A program made the position numbers and the translations under genes. Shown here one piece after another: positions 36,830 to 50,500 of a stretch of DNA of 64,000 nucleotides (position 1 is the first letter of the stretch; every line of letters begins with the position of its first letter). The DNA is from Antechinus flavipes (lineage: Eukaryota). The notes under the pieces were generated by a model that worked only from the letters and a program-made list of their open reading frames with translations, did no database searches and was not told the origin of the DNA. Where the stretch lies: assembly GCF_016432865.1 (NCBI RefSeq), contig NC_067400.1:18724001-18788000 (forward strand). Direction: 5' to 3'.

Positions 36830-37510
36830 ATAATAATAGCTTTTTATTTACCAAAATACATGCAAAGATAGTTTTCAACATTCACACTTTCAAAATTTTG
36901 TGTTCCAAAAATTTCCCCCTCCTTTTCTCCCCCCAACTCCTCTGGACAACAACTAATCCAATATAGGTTAAACGTGAAATTCTTCTAAACATATTTTCAT
37001 ATTTATCGTGTTGTACAAGAAAAATAAGCTCAAAAGGGAAAAAATGAGAAAGAAAAAGCAAAGCAAACAAACAACAGCAAAAAAAGTGAAAATACTCTAT
37101 TTTGATTCATAGTTTTTTCTCTGAATTTGGATGGCTCTTATCATCACAAGTCTATTGGAATTGTCTTGAATCACCTCATTCTTGAAAAAAGCCAAATCCA
37201 TCAGAATTGATCAAATAAACTTGCTGTTGTATACAATTTTCTTTTGGTTTTGCTCATTTTATCAGCATCAGTTCACATAAATCTTTCCAGGCCTTTCTGA
37301 AATCATCCAGTTGATCATTTCTTGCAGAACAATAATTCCATCACATTCGTAGACCATAACTTATCCATGGGCAGCCACTCAGTTTCCAGCTTCTTGCCAC
37401 CACAAAAAAAGAGCTGCCACAAACATTTGGTTGGTTTCCCCTTTTTTATGATCTCTTGGATTATAAACCCAATAAAGACACTGCTGGATCAAAGGGTCTG
37501 CACAATTTTA
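36830..37510 (-). mobile_element. Old L1 3' end
   Basis: Poly(T), 3' UTR and ORF2-end motifs. Confidence 0.75.
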
Positions 37511-37639
37511 TAGCTCTCCACTGAAACACCTTTCCTCCACCATCCAGGCTTTCCAGATAGCTCAGGACCCAGACGTGGGGAGCAGGGGGCATTTTGGGGG
37601 TGAGGCAGGGCAGGAAAAGCAACCCACCTTTGGCAAGGA

Positions 37640-37745
37640 GAGAAGCGTTACGTAATCCATGTGTGCATCCCGGAAAAGCTGAACTGGACTCCTGCTGGAC
37701 AGCAAGAATGCTCCGATTGGCTGTTGATAATCTATTAAAGGGCAG
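37640..37745. promoter_or_regulatory. Candidate distal promoter/enhancer
   Basis: GTTACGTAAT (37647-37656), CCGGAA (37670-37675), CCAAT on the minus strand (37720-37716), TGATAA and TATTAAA within 100 bp of unique, CpG-bearing sequence. Confidence 0.45.
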
Positions 37746-40700
37746 CCTTTTCTCACTAAACTTAAATGTGGGAGAAATGACGAGAACCGGAGAGGAAAGG
37801 AGAGGGGAGGGGAGGGGAATCTTTGGCAGGCGCTGATCTGTGAAGGAGCAGACGCTCGTTCCAGAAGAAACCTGAAATGTGTCTCCTTGGTGACTAAAAT
37901 CTTGGGCAGGAGCGAAGTCATTAGTAATTAGCCCACAGGTGGTTTATATATCTTTTCCAGTTGAAGGTCAGGACGTTGGAAGGGAAAGAAGGTTAGGGAG
38001 TGGATAGCTGGCTACAGGGATGTTTTTGAAGAGGGTTTGTTTTTCCCAAATCTTGGTTAATGGAACCAGAGGGATTGACTATTGGCTTCAGACAGAGTAT
38101 CTCTTTAAAGTCCCACAGACTCATGGATCATTAATTCTTGGGTGTCTTCTATGGGCAGAGTGAATGGTGGAGAAGGTAAAAATCAATATAAACCGGTAGA
38201 TTCTTGCTTTCCTACTCGGTATAAAGAAGTCACTAAGGACCTGGCAAAAACTGCTAAAATTGTGTTTGAACGGAAAGGCAGGTTCGCTATTCGGGTGGGT
38301 CATGGGCTGGACTAGCGGATGAACTCCATCTGATCTCAGCTGGTTTTTGAATGCATGTTCTTTTAGCATTAGCATCTTGTTAATGCTTTAGGCTTTGATT
38401 TCTGAGACTGAAATTAGGTTAGTAATAACCAAAGATCTGAGACATTGCTCAAGTGAGATTGTATTTCCAGATAGTTCTTAAGGGAAAAAAGAAGCCTTGC
38501 TTGAATAAAGATGAATCCAAATAGAAAAGAGAAAAAGCATGGCAAATCAGCAAGATTATTTCCTTTTTAAAAGCATTTCAATTTTGGATGTTGATGGATT
38601 CCACCCTAATCTGTTGGCTAAAATCCTCTGGAGCACAAAATCTGACATAGATTTTTGTCATCAGTAACTAGTGTGAGATGCTAATGTGGATGGCTCTAAA
38701 GATAAGAACCGTTCCTTTGGCTTCATTAATTAAAGGGAGCTCCTTGAGGAGGAAAATCCCTTCATGGATACAGGTTGGCACCTCTTCTGTAACCTGGAGT
38801 CTTAGAGAGTTGGCTAGGGCATCGAGCTGTTAATTAACTTGGCAGGGGCACCCAGTGAGGATGTGGCAAAGGTGATCTTGTGGCCTAAGCCAGGTCTGTC
38901 TCCACTACAAAATAATACCCAATAATAGAGAAACTCAATGAATAATATATTATATATAGAGAGATGTAATATATAAAGTTATATTATTATATTATATTTA
39001 GATATGTTGTTATATATATATATGTAAACTCATCACAGTAAATGGGTAAACATCTGTTTTCTAACTAGGAAAGTCTTAGCCAATGACCAAGTGAAGCATC
39101 GTTTCACACATGTCACAAGATCCTCTTATATCAAAGTGCTCATGAGAGATTTGTGCAAAAAGCGCTATGGGGGTAAGTGCAGCTTATGATCAACACCTGC
39201 CACAGAGGAGGCAGATGGAGAGAAGGTGACCTGAAGGTGCTATGGAGGATGGCCCGTTAGTCCTGGAGTCAGGAGGATCTGGATGGGAATTCTGCCTCAG
39301 ACGATGGGGAGTGTGTCTGGACTGTTATCCCAGTGAGGTCAGGGGCAGGATCCCCTCTCTTAGCCAAAGCTCTCATCTGCAGAATGGGGATGATGATAAT
39401 CCTCAGTGAGGCCATTGGATTGAAACCCACGATATTCCAATGAATTTAATTCAGATCCAGCAGTCCCAGAATTTCTGTTAGAAGGGAGTCCTGAGGCTCC
39501 ATAATCCAACTGGGTGCATGATCAATGATTGCCTTTCCAGAGACCGATTTAACCCATGATCAGCCTTTCTTAAAGATGCCTAGGGAAGGAGAAAACCCTA
39601 ATTTTGCCCAGGTTTAATCTGTTTTTTCCCCTTTACATTCTTATAAAGATTTGTATTTATTTTAATGACTGCCTGTCAGCTCTCACCCTATATCACTCAC
39701 CTGCTTCTCTCCTCCCTTTTCTCATTCAGTCAATCAAGCAGCCAACTGCCCCGAAGGAACTTCTGTTCTAAAGGTAGAGAGAGCTTGTGTACTTATCAGA
39801 ACATGCAAATGAGCACAAGGTGATTTTGTGGGCTGGCACTATTAGCTGAGTAATCAGGAAAAACTCCACGGAGGAGGCCGTATTTGAGCTGACCTTGTTC
39901 CCAGCTCCAGACCACGAGTCGCTTGAGGCAGACCAGATATGATTCCCAGCCTCAGACTATTTGGTAACTGTTCTAGATTCTGGGATTCCCAAGCGTTCTT
40001 TGGGGACTTAGCTGGTGAAATCTCAGTGTCCCAGTCCCTTCTCCCTCTGCCCACCGAGTCCATGTCCAGGCCCTTCTTTCAGGTGCTCATCATTGTGGAA
40101 CTCCAGCTGCAACTCCTTGCCCCTATTCCAGAGCATCATTTTGGCTATGGGCTGCCTTCTTATTCATTCTGGCTAACCTTGAGCATTGGAGGACATTAAG
40201 AATTCTTAGAGGTAAAGGCGAGGAAGGACATCACAGGTAGAGGGAAAGCCTGAGTAAAGCTGGGTGATGAAATGTGGCGTGTGAGGAACATGAAGGGCCA
40301 GAGGGGCTGGGCAAGAACTCCACATAATGTAATAGGAAGTCCCTGGAGTTTAATGGGCAGGAGAGTGACATGGTCGGCTCTGTGCTTTAATAAGATTGCT
40401 TTGGCTGCTCTGTGGAGGATGGGTTAGATCAGAGAGAGACAGAGAATCCTCTGTATATGCTGATAATTGGCTCTGAGAAGAGGTATAAAATAATGAGCTT
40501 AAATAAATAATAATAATTACTAAGTAATTAGTAAGAAATAATTGAAATAAAGCAGCTCTGTCAGATTTTCCAAGGCTTTCTTTTTCCAGATCTGTGAGTT
40601 TGTCCTTTCTGGAGGTAACAGTTACTGATCCAAAAAGTGGATGATGCTCTTGGTGCAGAGATGTCTTTGGAGTAGAAACTGAAGCCGCTGGCATTACCTT

Positions 40701-41479
40701 AGGTCTTTTTGAAAAAGAAAAACAAGGAAATTCCTCATTTGGCTTGGAAGAGGCCAGCTGGAAAGTGAGTGAATTTCCACATTCTTGGTGATTAATGAAA
40801 CTGAATGTTATTAATGAATGTGCTGAGATTGGATTAGTGGGGAAAGGATTTAGCGCTCTCTCTAGAGGTCTGGGAGAATTAAGTGTCTAGAAATGGCCCA
40901 TTGACCAGGGGGAAACACTCCATGTGGCAAACATTAGGATGGGAAGGACCAGAGCTGCTTAGAGCAGGGGATCTTGATTTTTTTTGTATGTCCTGATCAT
41001 CTATTATCCCTCATTCTCACCATATAACTAGCTTACTTCCAGTTCCCTAAAATGTGTCCTCTGTGATGTCCTCTCTCTCTTTGATTAATAAATTTTGTAT
41101 TTGCACATCATACAAATCCCATTCAATCCACCACAATGTAGAGTTCCCCTATTAATAGATAAGCAAAATAGCATAAAAAGTGATGAGGACTGATCACAAA
41201 TGGCGGTCTTGTATTTCTATAGTTGACTATTTGGCAGAAGGGGAAGGTTCATACATTAACATAAATACACTAGTTGTAGTGACTTCTCAGACCTGCCCTT
41301 GACCACTTCTCTTCCACACATGTTGTCTTCTTCCTTCGAATGTTTGGCTTTAAATAAGCCTTTAAACAGGCATGTTAAACACTGAATGTAAGCTCCCTGA
41401 GGGCAGGGACTTTCATATTTGCATCCCCAGAGCTTGGAACAATGCTATTCATTCATTCATTCCTAACTGCTTATTTTTT

Positions 41480-42140
41480 AATCAGATTTTGTTGCCATCT
41501 AAAGACACTTTCAACAACCATGTTGTAATGCCCATGTATGGTTCTTTGTCTCTTCTTTTTTCACCTGTGTATCACTTCAAACAAGATTTTTGATCTATTT
41601 TTTAATTTTTCTTACTCTTTGTTTCTTACATTCAATAATATTCGGCTGGTTTGGCCATTCCCCTATCACTGGCACCCAGTTAGTTTCCAACATTTTCACT
41701 GCTAATAATATTGCAGATAGAGGTGTTATGAATATTTTTGTAGAGAGATCTTTTCCTGCTGACAATAATCTTTTTTGGAATATAAACCTAGTTGTGGGAT
41801 GGTTGCATCAAAGGGCATGAACACTTTTATAGCTGTTCTTACACAGTTCTATTTTGTTTTCCAGAATGGTTGGACCAATTCCCAGCCTCACCCTCACCAG
41901 TCAACTAACATGGTTAGTTTAAGGACCACCAACAAATTTTATATCTTTGGAAAATTTGATGGGTGTGAAATATGACCTCAGAGTGGTTTAATTTTACATT
42001 TCTGGACTCATTTACAAGTTTGAACATTCTTTTAGATATTTGTTGATTGTATTTTTAATTTCATAATCACTTAGACGTATTATTTGACCATTGGTCTCTT
42101 GGGAAGTGGCTTTTAATACTGTGAATTTATACACCATTTC
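41480..42140 (-). mobile_element. Old L1 ORF2-end fragment
   Basis: ttgcatcaaagggcatgaacacttttatagc...ttccagaatggttggaccaattc. Confidence 0.7.
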
Positions 42141-45100
42141 TCTCTTGAAACCCATTATGACAAAATACTGATCCTCACTCACACCCACCATACAGCCTTC
42201 CATTCCTATCTGAATTCCTTGTGATCATAAGAATTTCAGTTCATTACAGATTATTGCAATTACAAACCATGTGTCTGGGATAATTTTTTCTCACACACCT
42301 CTGAAAAATAGCCACTGGAAAATATGATTTGATATACAAACATTTGCTTTGTGCACGGCTTTTCCATCCAGCAGTTTACCATATTAAGTGAAATCACTGT
42401 GTATAAAAGGTACTTCATTCCCTGATAGCAGACTACTTCTCTAATAATTAACCAATGCAGAATCCAAACAAATTTCTGAAGGTGAAAATTATGACTTCAC
42501 CTTATGAAGGAGCTGTGATTTTGTAATAATAATAACACATATAATACTTACTACATGCCAGATATTATGCTAAGCACTTTAGAATTATTATTTTGTTTCT
42601 TACAACAATCCTTGGATGCTATTATTATCCTCATTTTACAGATGAGGAAACCGAGGCATATTTATTAATGCCTCAGAATTGCATAACAAGGAAATATTTG
42701 ACATTGGATTTGAATTCAGGTCTTTCCTATTCTAGTCCCAGTGCTTTATCCACTGGAACATCTGGCTACCTACAATTATACAATTTCATAGTGTGATTAT
42801 TCAACCCAACATAAGATAGTCACCTCTCTATGACCTAATAACCATTCTGAACAGTGGCTATGGGCAAATCATTCATTATCTTGTGGCCAACCAGGTGATG
42901 AGCCCCTCCCAATTTAACAGGACTGTTCCTTGGGCCCACCATTTCTGGGCCCACATACTAAACTCTTCCAGTCAGAGAGGGGCTGCCAAAGTCTGTGCTC
43001 CCTGGCTTTGCCTTCAGCTTGGTGGGAGAAGAAAAATGTTAGTATTTAACTATACCATGTTAATGAAATATTCAGAGTCGTGAACATGTAACGTCCTGAG
43101 ATTTGTAGCTATTATGTAAATTAGTCTCCATCCATCCTCTCTACCTTTATTAGCATTTTTAGCAGCCCAAACTTATTTGGAAAGAGAAAGCCAAGTTTTG
43201 CCAAGAGTTAATGATCTTGAAAACTAAATGAGGCAAACTCGGAAAAACATAGTTCTATAATGATCCTCGCATTTGGCAAAGAAAAATCTCCAATTGATAG
43301 CCTAAGATTTCTTCTTCAGCCTGAGCCAGCATGCACCAAATCACCCTGTCTGAAATCCGGGCTTTAACAATAATGATTGTTACATAACCAAGTCAAGAGG
43401 CATTTTTTATCTCCTAAGGCTTCGGGCTCTAGATCAGAGGGGAGTGAACAGAGTTTCAGTAAATCAACAAACTTTTATTAAGCTTATCTGCAAGGCGCTG
43501 GACAGTTAGCAAGAATTGCAAAGGACAGAGGAGTACAGCCGGTGTAACTCATGGGAGAGGAGCTCCCCAAGCTCTGTCTATACCTGGGTTCAAGGTCAGT
43601 GCTAGAATCGGTGCTGGTATACAGCTGTCAAGCTGCCCGTGCTTTATTTGATTCATAGTATTGCACTGGGGAGAATGCGCACAGAACCAGCAGACAGAGC
43701 CGGAGGATGCCGGTAGATGCTCATCAGCATCTGGCTGGAGCTTCCTTGTCCCTTTCTGCGGGGCTCTGGGGGTCGGAGCTCACAGGATCTGTTTGTTTGC
43801 CCAGGGTCCGCTGTGACTGAGCTCAAGCCCCCATCTCTACAGAAAGGATGACGGGAAATGAGTACTGGGATACTCACAGGAGAGCTATTTTTTATTTTTT
43901 ATTTTTACTATATATAAGAAAGCCCTCCAGTGTCTTTGCCGAATGGGATCACAGAGAGTTATTCACCACTGAAAAATGACCCAGCAACAAATGGATAAGA
44001 AAGAGAAGGAAATCCCTGTTAGCTCAGGAAACAGTTCATGAAAGTCATGTTCTTTAAAAGGATGATAACAGAAATAGATTATGTTTACATAATCTCTATA
44101 GTATTTGAGCTTCATGATAAATATCAAAAAATAAGTACCATGATAAGTACTGAAATTATTACTAGCTCCATTTTATAGATAAGAAAACCGAAGTTCCTTT
44201 ATCTTCAAATCTATGAGCTTAAGATTCATCCTATGTAGGTCAAGCTGGATGGACTCTATTAAGTACACTAGATTAAATTTGCTCACATGGAAGGATCCAG
44301 TTGTAGCATCTTTGGGGGATTTAGGCTCTCTGCAATTGCTCATTTCTCTTTGAGACCATCAGCCGTTGGTCTCCCTGGTGTGAGCCCACTGTTCTATATT
44401 GATTGTAAACATTATATGTCTTAATGAATATAAGATTGAATGAATGCTTGTATACAGTGGAGGAGTTTAAGAATAAAGACATCAATGGTGGTATAAGAAT
44501 GCATGCATGTATATATACATATATTTAATTCGACATCATGTAACGGATATTTATTAGGAGCTTCCTTGTGCAGACAATTATGTTACCCTCTGAAGGAGAT
44601 AGAAACTTTAGCTAAAACAAGATATCCCCCTTTACAAAAAATCTAATTTAAATCGAGCATCTAATTTTCTTCCAGCATCATGGATGCTCAAAGTAACCTG
44701 TTTTGGTCCCAAAAAACACATCTAAACTGTAGTAAAAGAAAGGAAAGTCATGAGTTGACTGTTTATGAATTGTGATAGATAGATACCTTGGGATGGGTAG
44801 CATCTTAAGCAGTCTAAGCCACCCCGGCCACTTGTAGCTACTCTCTTTTCTCTCTTCCCCACAGGTCCAAGAGATGGGGTGGACATACTCAATGCATGTA
44901 TATTTGTTATCAAGATTTAGTATACATACTTATATGTGTACATGTATCTGAATGTGTGTATACATATGTATATAGGTATATTTTCTCAGACGAGGAAAGT
45001 ACATAGCAATGGAAAATGGGGGTCAGACCGGGAGGAGAGGTCAAGGACACTATTCCAGACCTCCAAACTCCTCTGCAGAGGGGAGAATGATTTTGAATTC

Positions 45101-45439
45101 ACTCGGCAATGTGATCCCTGAACTTTCTAGCCAGAGAAGGGAGACTTCTTGGATAGTTCTGGCTTTGGGAATTGGTGTTGATTGGGGACCCCAAGTTCAA
45201 GAATTTCTAAGTTTGAGATTCTAAGATGGAGATCTAAGTTTTGCTCCTTAGAGAGGAGAACAATTCATTTATTTCTGGTTCAGTGTCTACTTGGAGAGTT
45301 AAACCACTCAGTTCATCAGAAAGCAGAGTTCCAAATTGTTTGTTCAGCTACTTCCAAATTAGGTTTCTCTTCTGGAAGGAGGTCAAAGCCACAGGGCAGC
45401 GCTACAAGTCTTTGAGGATACCGGGAAAGACTGTGGGGG

Positions 45440-47060
45440 AGAGGGATTCATTTGTTTATTCACCAAACATTTATTAAGTGCCCAAGGACGTTCTCTGCCC
45501 TCAAGGACTTTACAATCTAGTGAGGGAGAAAGTGAATCAACAAATCTGCTTATGTAAGATGAGTGGAGGGACCCACGGGATTTCAGAGGGGTTGGGGAAA
45601 ACTTCCTGTGGAAGGTGGAATTTTAGTTGGGACTTAAAGGAAGTGATGGAAGAACATTCTAGGTATGGTTGGGGGTGAGGGGTAGGGGATGGGGAACGCC
45701 AAGAACTGAGAGATGGAACATCTTGGTCATGGAACAGCCAGGAGGCGTCTAGATCAAACAGTGCCTATTAAGGAATAAGATGTAAGAAGACTGGAAAGAT
45801 AGGAAGGGGTTGGGTTGTGATGGGCACTGAATGCCAACCAGAACATTTTACATTTGCTCCTGGAGGCAATAGGGAGTCACTGGGATTTAGTGAATAAGAG
45901 GGTGCCATGAATTAGGAAACTAGCTTTAGAGGCTGAATGGAGAATGAATTCACCAGAATGATAGAAATTTGTCCCAACAACACCAAGTTCAGTCCCTTTC
46001 TGGAGGAACTGAAGGACTATTTGAATTCTTTCTGTTTTTGTTCATAGGCTCTTTAGTAACTTATATATGAGATATGGGGGAAAATAAAGACTATGCAATA
46101 CCAAATAAGGTACTAGATGGAGAGCTGAGTTCAAATCTTAACCTAAGCACTTAAAAGGTTATGTAATCTAGAGCTGCCTTAGTTTCCTCATATGTAAAAA
46201 AGGGATAAAATTCTCTTCCATAGGATTGTGAAGATCAAATAAGAAAATATTTTAAAAGTACTTTTTGAATTCCAAGTGCTTTATCAATACTAGTCACAAT
46301 TATGATTATTGTTACCCAATATTGTACATTGGATGCCTTTGTGGAAGCTGAGGAACATGTTGCTGACATTTGGGAAAAATCTAGTCATAAGCAATATTTT
46401 GGAGATTTTCCTGCCTTAATTCAAAGTGAGCTCAATGTCATCAAAGACAAGAATGGATTCATTTGTGAACTCACCCCCAGGAATAGATTACGATCATAGG
46501 AGAGTCTTAGGGTATGGGTAATATAGACAAAAATGCCTTTTTTCTTATCTCCCTCTGAAGTATTTCTATCTCTGGTTTTGTGTCCTTTTCAAAAAACTGT
46601 AGTTGTCATAATGTGTGGAAAGTTTTCCTTCTGATCAGTCAGCCAATCAGTGAGCATTTTCAAATGCCCTGGGTCAAATACTAGGAAAATGAAGAGAAAA
46701 ACAAATTGCCTCCAAGGAGTTGACAATCTAATAAAAGCAAGTACACATGTGTATGTGCACACAAATATAAAAAGTAAATAATATAATTTTCAAGTGAAGG
46801 TAGCTGCCACCAGAGGATTAAGCAAGGCTTTGGGTAAATAATAGCGGGAGGTGTCCCTTGAAGGATACTAAATATTCTAAAAAGTGAATATAAAGAAGGA
46901 GTGTCATTCAGGTGAGGGGTTAAGGGTGGAAAAGTCACTCAAATGGCAGTAGGAGATAGTATGTTGTGTGAGGAAGGATTAGAAGGGTAGCTGGCCAGAC
47001 CATTTTGTGTGAGAAGGGGAATTATGTACAATAAGTCTGGAAATGAAGGATGGAGTCAAA
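45440..47060 (-). mobile_element. L2 fragments interleaved with MIR (46080-46290)
   Basis: L2 tails (attcaccaaacatttattaagtgcc; cagccaatcagtgagcatttt) and ggaggcaatagggagtcactgg. Confidence 0.65.
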
Positions 47061-47300
47061 CTAGAAAGGGTTTAACAGACTTCTTGATGATCTCATTTGA
47101 GGTTTTCTTGGCAAAGACACTGGAGTGGTTTTCCATTTCCTTCTCCAGTTCATTTTACAGATGAAGAAACTGAGGGAAAAAAGGCTAAGTGATTTGTCCA
47201 GGATCTCACAGCTAATGAGTCTGAGGCCAGATTTGAAGTCAGGAAGATGTCTTCCTGACCTCAAGTCCAACACTCAGTCAACTATACCACAAGCCTTTAG
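47060..47300 (-). mobile_element. Mar1-type SINE
   Basis: ggttttcttggcaaagacactggagtggttttccatttccttctccagttcattttacagatgaagaaactgagg. Confidence 0.8.
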
Positions 47301-47589
47301 TACATAATTAAACAAAAATCCTACAGTATTCCTGTCAAAACCTTTTTTTTCCTCATTAGTTGTCCTGAAAGTCAAATACTTGAATTAAAGTAATAACAAA
47401 TCATATCAATGTAGTTCTGTATAGCCAGAGAGTGTGCAAAAATGTGGTTTAATACACACTCGCACCAGATCCTGAGTTTGCATTCACCAACATCTCTAAC
47501 AGAAGGAGGAGGCTAGAAATAAAGTCAGTTAATAGATGATGGATTCAAGGGCCTGGCAGTCAGTCTCAGAATGAGCTCACGTTAGTACA

Positions 47590-48900
47590 ATGTTTGCTAG
47601 GGGTTATTTTAAAACTACATTGGGTCCAAAAGGAAAACTAAAGAAGGAGCCGTTACTTGGGGTTAATGTGGCAAGAATGGACAACAAACGACAGGTAGAG
47701 ATGCCCCGACTTTTGCTTTGCTTCTGTTGCAAAGGAAATAATTTTAAGACTGAAAAAGCCAGGCCAAAAATGATTGCTCGGGAGCTGATACCTAAGCTAA
47801 GGAGGAGACAGAAAGAGCATGTGGCTGCTACAAGGCCCAGATAAATGGGACTGGAAGTGATTGAGAGACTTGGCAGATAGGATTGATGAGCCATGGCTGG
47901 CGATCTTGAAAAAATCCCTGGAACTTGGAGCTGTGTCACAGGACTGGAGAAGTGTGAGTTATCTCACTTAAAAAAAAAAAAAAACAAAGACTGGGGTGTT
48001 ATGAATTATAGATTAGTGAGGTGACTTCAATTCTTAGGAAAATTCTAGAGCATACTCTAGAAGGGATGGATAATATCCAGCTAGGAAAGGAGCAGTAATC
48101 TCCCAAAACCAGCATGGCGTCCTCAACAACAATCTGAAACTCTAGTCCAAAGTCACTTATTTTATTCACGGGAATTCTAGACTGGTAGTTAAGCTAGATT
48201 TTAATATTTAACATTTAATAATGTCCCTTCTGCTCCTTTTTAAAAATCTGGAAAGAACTGGGTTAGACCCTAATTTATTTAGGCAGATTCTGAACTGGCA
48301 GAAGCCAAAGAAGAGTTGTTAATGATTTGGTGTCAGCTTGGAAAAGCGTCTCCAATGGAGTATCCCAGGGATCTCTGTCTGGCCATCTGCTATTAAACGT
48401 TATCATCCATGCCTTCAATAAAAACATGTTTATCAAATTTTCAAAGGATGCAGAATTAAGAGGGAGATCGAATAGATTAAAAAAACAGAATCAGAACCCC
48501 AAAGACTGGCTAGAACATTGAGAGGAATCAAATCAAATTAAATATAATAGAGACAAATGTAAAGTCTTCCACTTGGGTTTGAAACATTGACTTTCCAAAC
48601 ATACAATGGGAAGTGTACAGTTAGCAATTTCTCCAAAAGAGATATATGGTGACCAAAAAAAAGGTAACGGAATCTTGGACTCCATTAAGACATATAATTG
48701 TTGGGATCAGAGAAATGATGTTTTTGTTAGCGCTCTGGATCAGATATTTAGGAAGGACATCAATAAATGCCCCAAGATGGATGACTACCATGATGAAAGG
48801 CTTGAGGATCGTTTGAAGGTTCAAAGGTGTTTAGCCCAGAGGAGAATCAGGGGGCAGAATCTGATAGTTGTCTAAGTATTTCAAAGAGCAACTAGGAATT
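47590..48900 (+). mobile_element. L3/CR1 ORF2 remnant
   Basis: ORF 48327-48521, SAWKSVSNGVSQGSLSGHLLLNVII...FIKFSKDAEL, is the CR1 RT core (GVPQGSVLGP...KFADD); an upstream DWR/NYRLVS-like segment is present. Confidence 0.85.
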
Positions 48901-50269
48901 CTGTCTCCTAAGTCAGGTCATAAAGAAACAAAGTCAGTCTATTTCACATACAGCCAAAGTCACATTTCTGACCCTTTCTGATTCTATTCATTTCTAAGAT
49001 TCTAAGAACCCCCAAAAGGGGTTTGAGACCCCAAACCTATTCTTTAAAGTTCAACTCAAATGTCTGCTCTTCTGGGAAGTCTTCCTTGATTCCCCTAGCC
49101 AAAAATCACCGCTTCCTCCTCTGTTTTTGTCACATTCTCCTTGTTTCATGGTCATTTGGGAAAACATGACATTTTTCCCATGGAACAGAGAGTCCCTTAT
49201 TTGGAGCGGGGATCGATGACTTATTCATCATTTTCCAGGAGCTTCCAACATGATACTGGCTTGATATCTGTTGCATCGTTGCTTAAATGGGTTCCTCTGT
49301 CTGGGATGTTCGAAGGTTTTCACACATTGGGCGTGTTTCTAATAGGCACTAACAGGTATGACACATGGTGAGCTCCACGGGTGACAGAGGATTTCCGGAG
49401 TTCTGAGACAAATGGCAGTATTGCTTTGTGGGAAGCAGAGCCCAGGGACCACCTTTGGTGAGGGGGAGAACGCACGTTCCTCCTGGGTCCTGGGGCTGCT
49501 CCAAAATGCAAATCGCCTTCTGCTCCCTCACCAGACATTTGCCTGCAGTTTTTAATAGATGCCTGATTATTTGACTGCAATGCGGAATAACTGCTCACTC
49601 TATTTTCAATATTGCGAAAGCAGGATTTATATGCAGTGGGACATAATGGGCAGGTCATTCACCTGTCTGGCCTCTGTTTTCTTCTTGGTAACTAAGCAAC
49701 CTGGACTAGTGACTTTTGGGGTAACTTTTAGCCCTACACCTTTGAAGATCATGGAGGTACCCACTCTAATAATTTATTCATGATGATCACCCTCTGGACC
49801 TTTCTCTGGCTCTTACCATCGGCCCTGCTGTTGCATCCTCCTAAATATGTTTTTTTTTTTTTCCTTCTCCTTATTAGTATGGAACTTTCTTGAGTTCAGA
49901 GAGTGTCTCAGCTTTGTATTTATATTTCCAGTACTTACCACAATGCTTGACACAGTTAAATTTGTGATAAATTTTTCATTCATTCATTTGTTCATTAATT
50001 CCTTCATTCATGTTCCCATACCCTTTTATCCATATGGAAGGCAGCTTTTCCTATGGGATAATTGAAGAGTAATCTTACCTAAAACAAGGAGATGGATTAG
50101 AAGACCATCACTGTGATAATGATTCATGTAATTGTTGTCGAGTCAATAAACATTTATCAAGCACTTATTATATGCCAGGGGAGAAAGAGACAAAAGCAGC
50201 CCCTGCTCTCAAAGAACTTACATTCTAAAGGAAGAAACAGAAAATAATTATGTGCAAATATGATATATC

Positions 50270-50500
50270 AGGTAGCTAGGTGGTACCATAATGCACAGAG
50301 CCCCAGAAATCAGGAAAACTCATCTTTTCCAGTTAAATCTGACCCAGATGCTTACTGGCTGTGCAGCCCTGGACAAGCCACTTCATCATGTTTGCCTCTA
50401 TTTCTCCTTCTGTAAAATGAGCTGGAGAAGGAAATGGCAAGCCACATCTTTGCCAGTAAAACCCAAATGGGTCATGGAGAGTTGGACGTACTGAAAAGCG
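50270..50500 (+). mobile_element. Mar1-type SINE within L2
   Basis: ctgtaaaatgagctggagaaggaaatggcaagccacatctttgccag...aatgggtcatggagagttggac. Confidence 0.75.

Noticed and set aside
39960-40200. About 240-bp unique-looking insert between L2 pieces
   Set aside because: No TSD, poly(A) tail or recognisable peptide
44840-44870. Strong plus-strand acceptor ctctcttttctctcttccccacag
   Set aside because: No convincing paired donor; the downstream sequence is low-complexity
46302-46499. 65-aa ORF starting IIVTQYC, faintly kinase-like
   Set aside because: No other kinase motifs or splice signals
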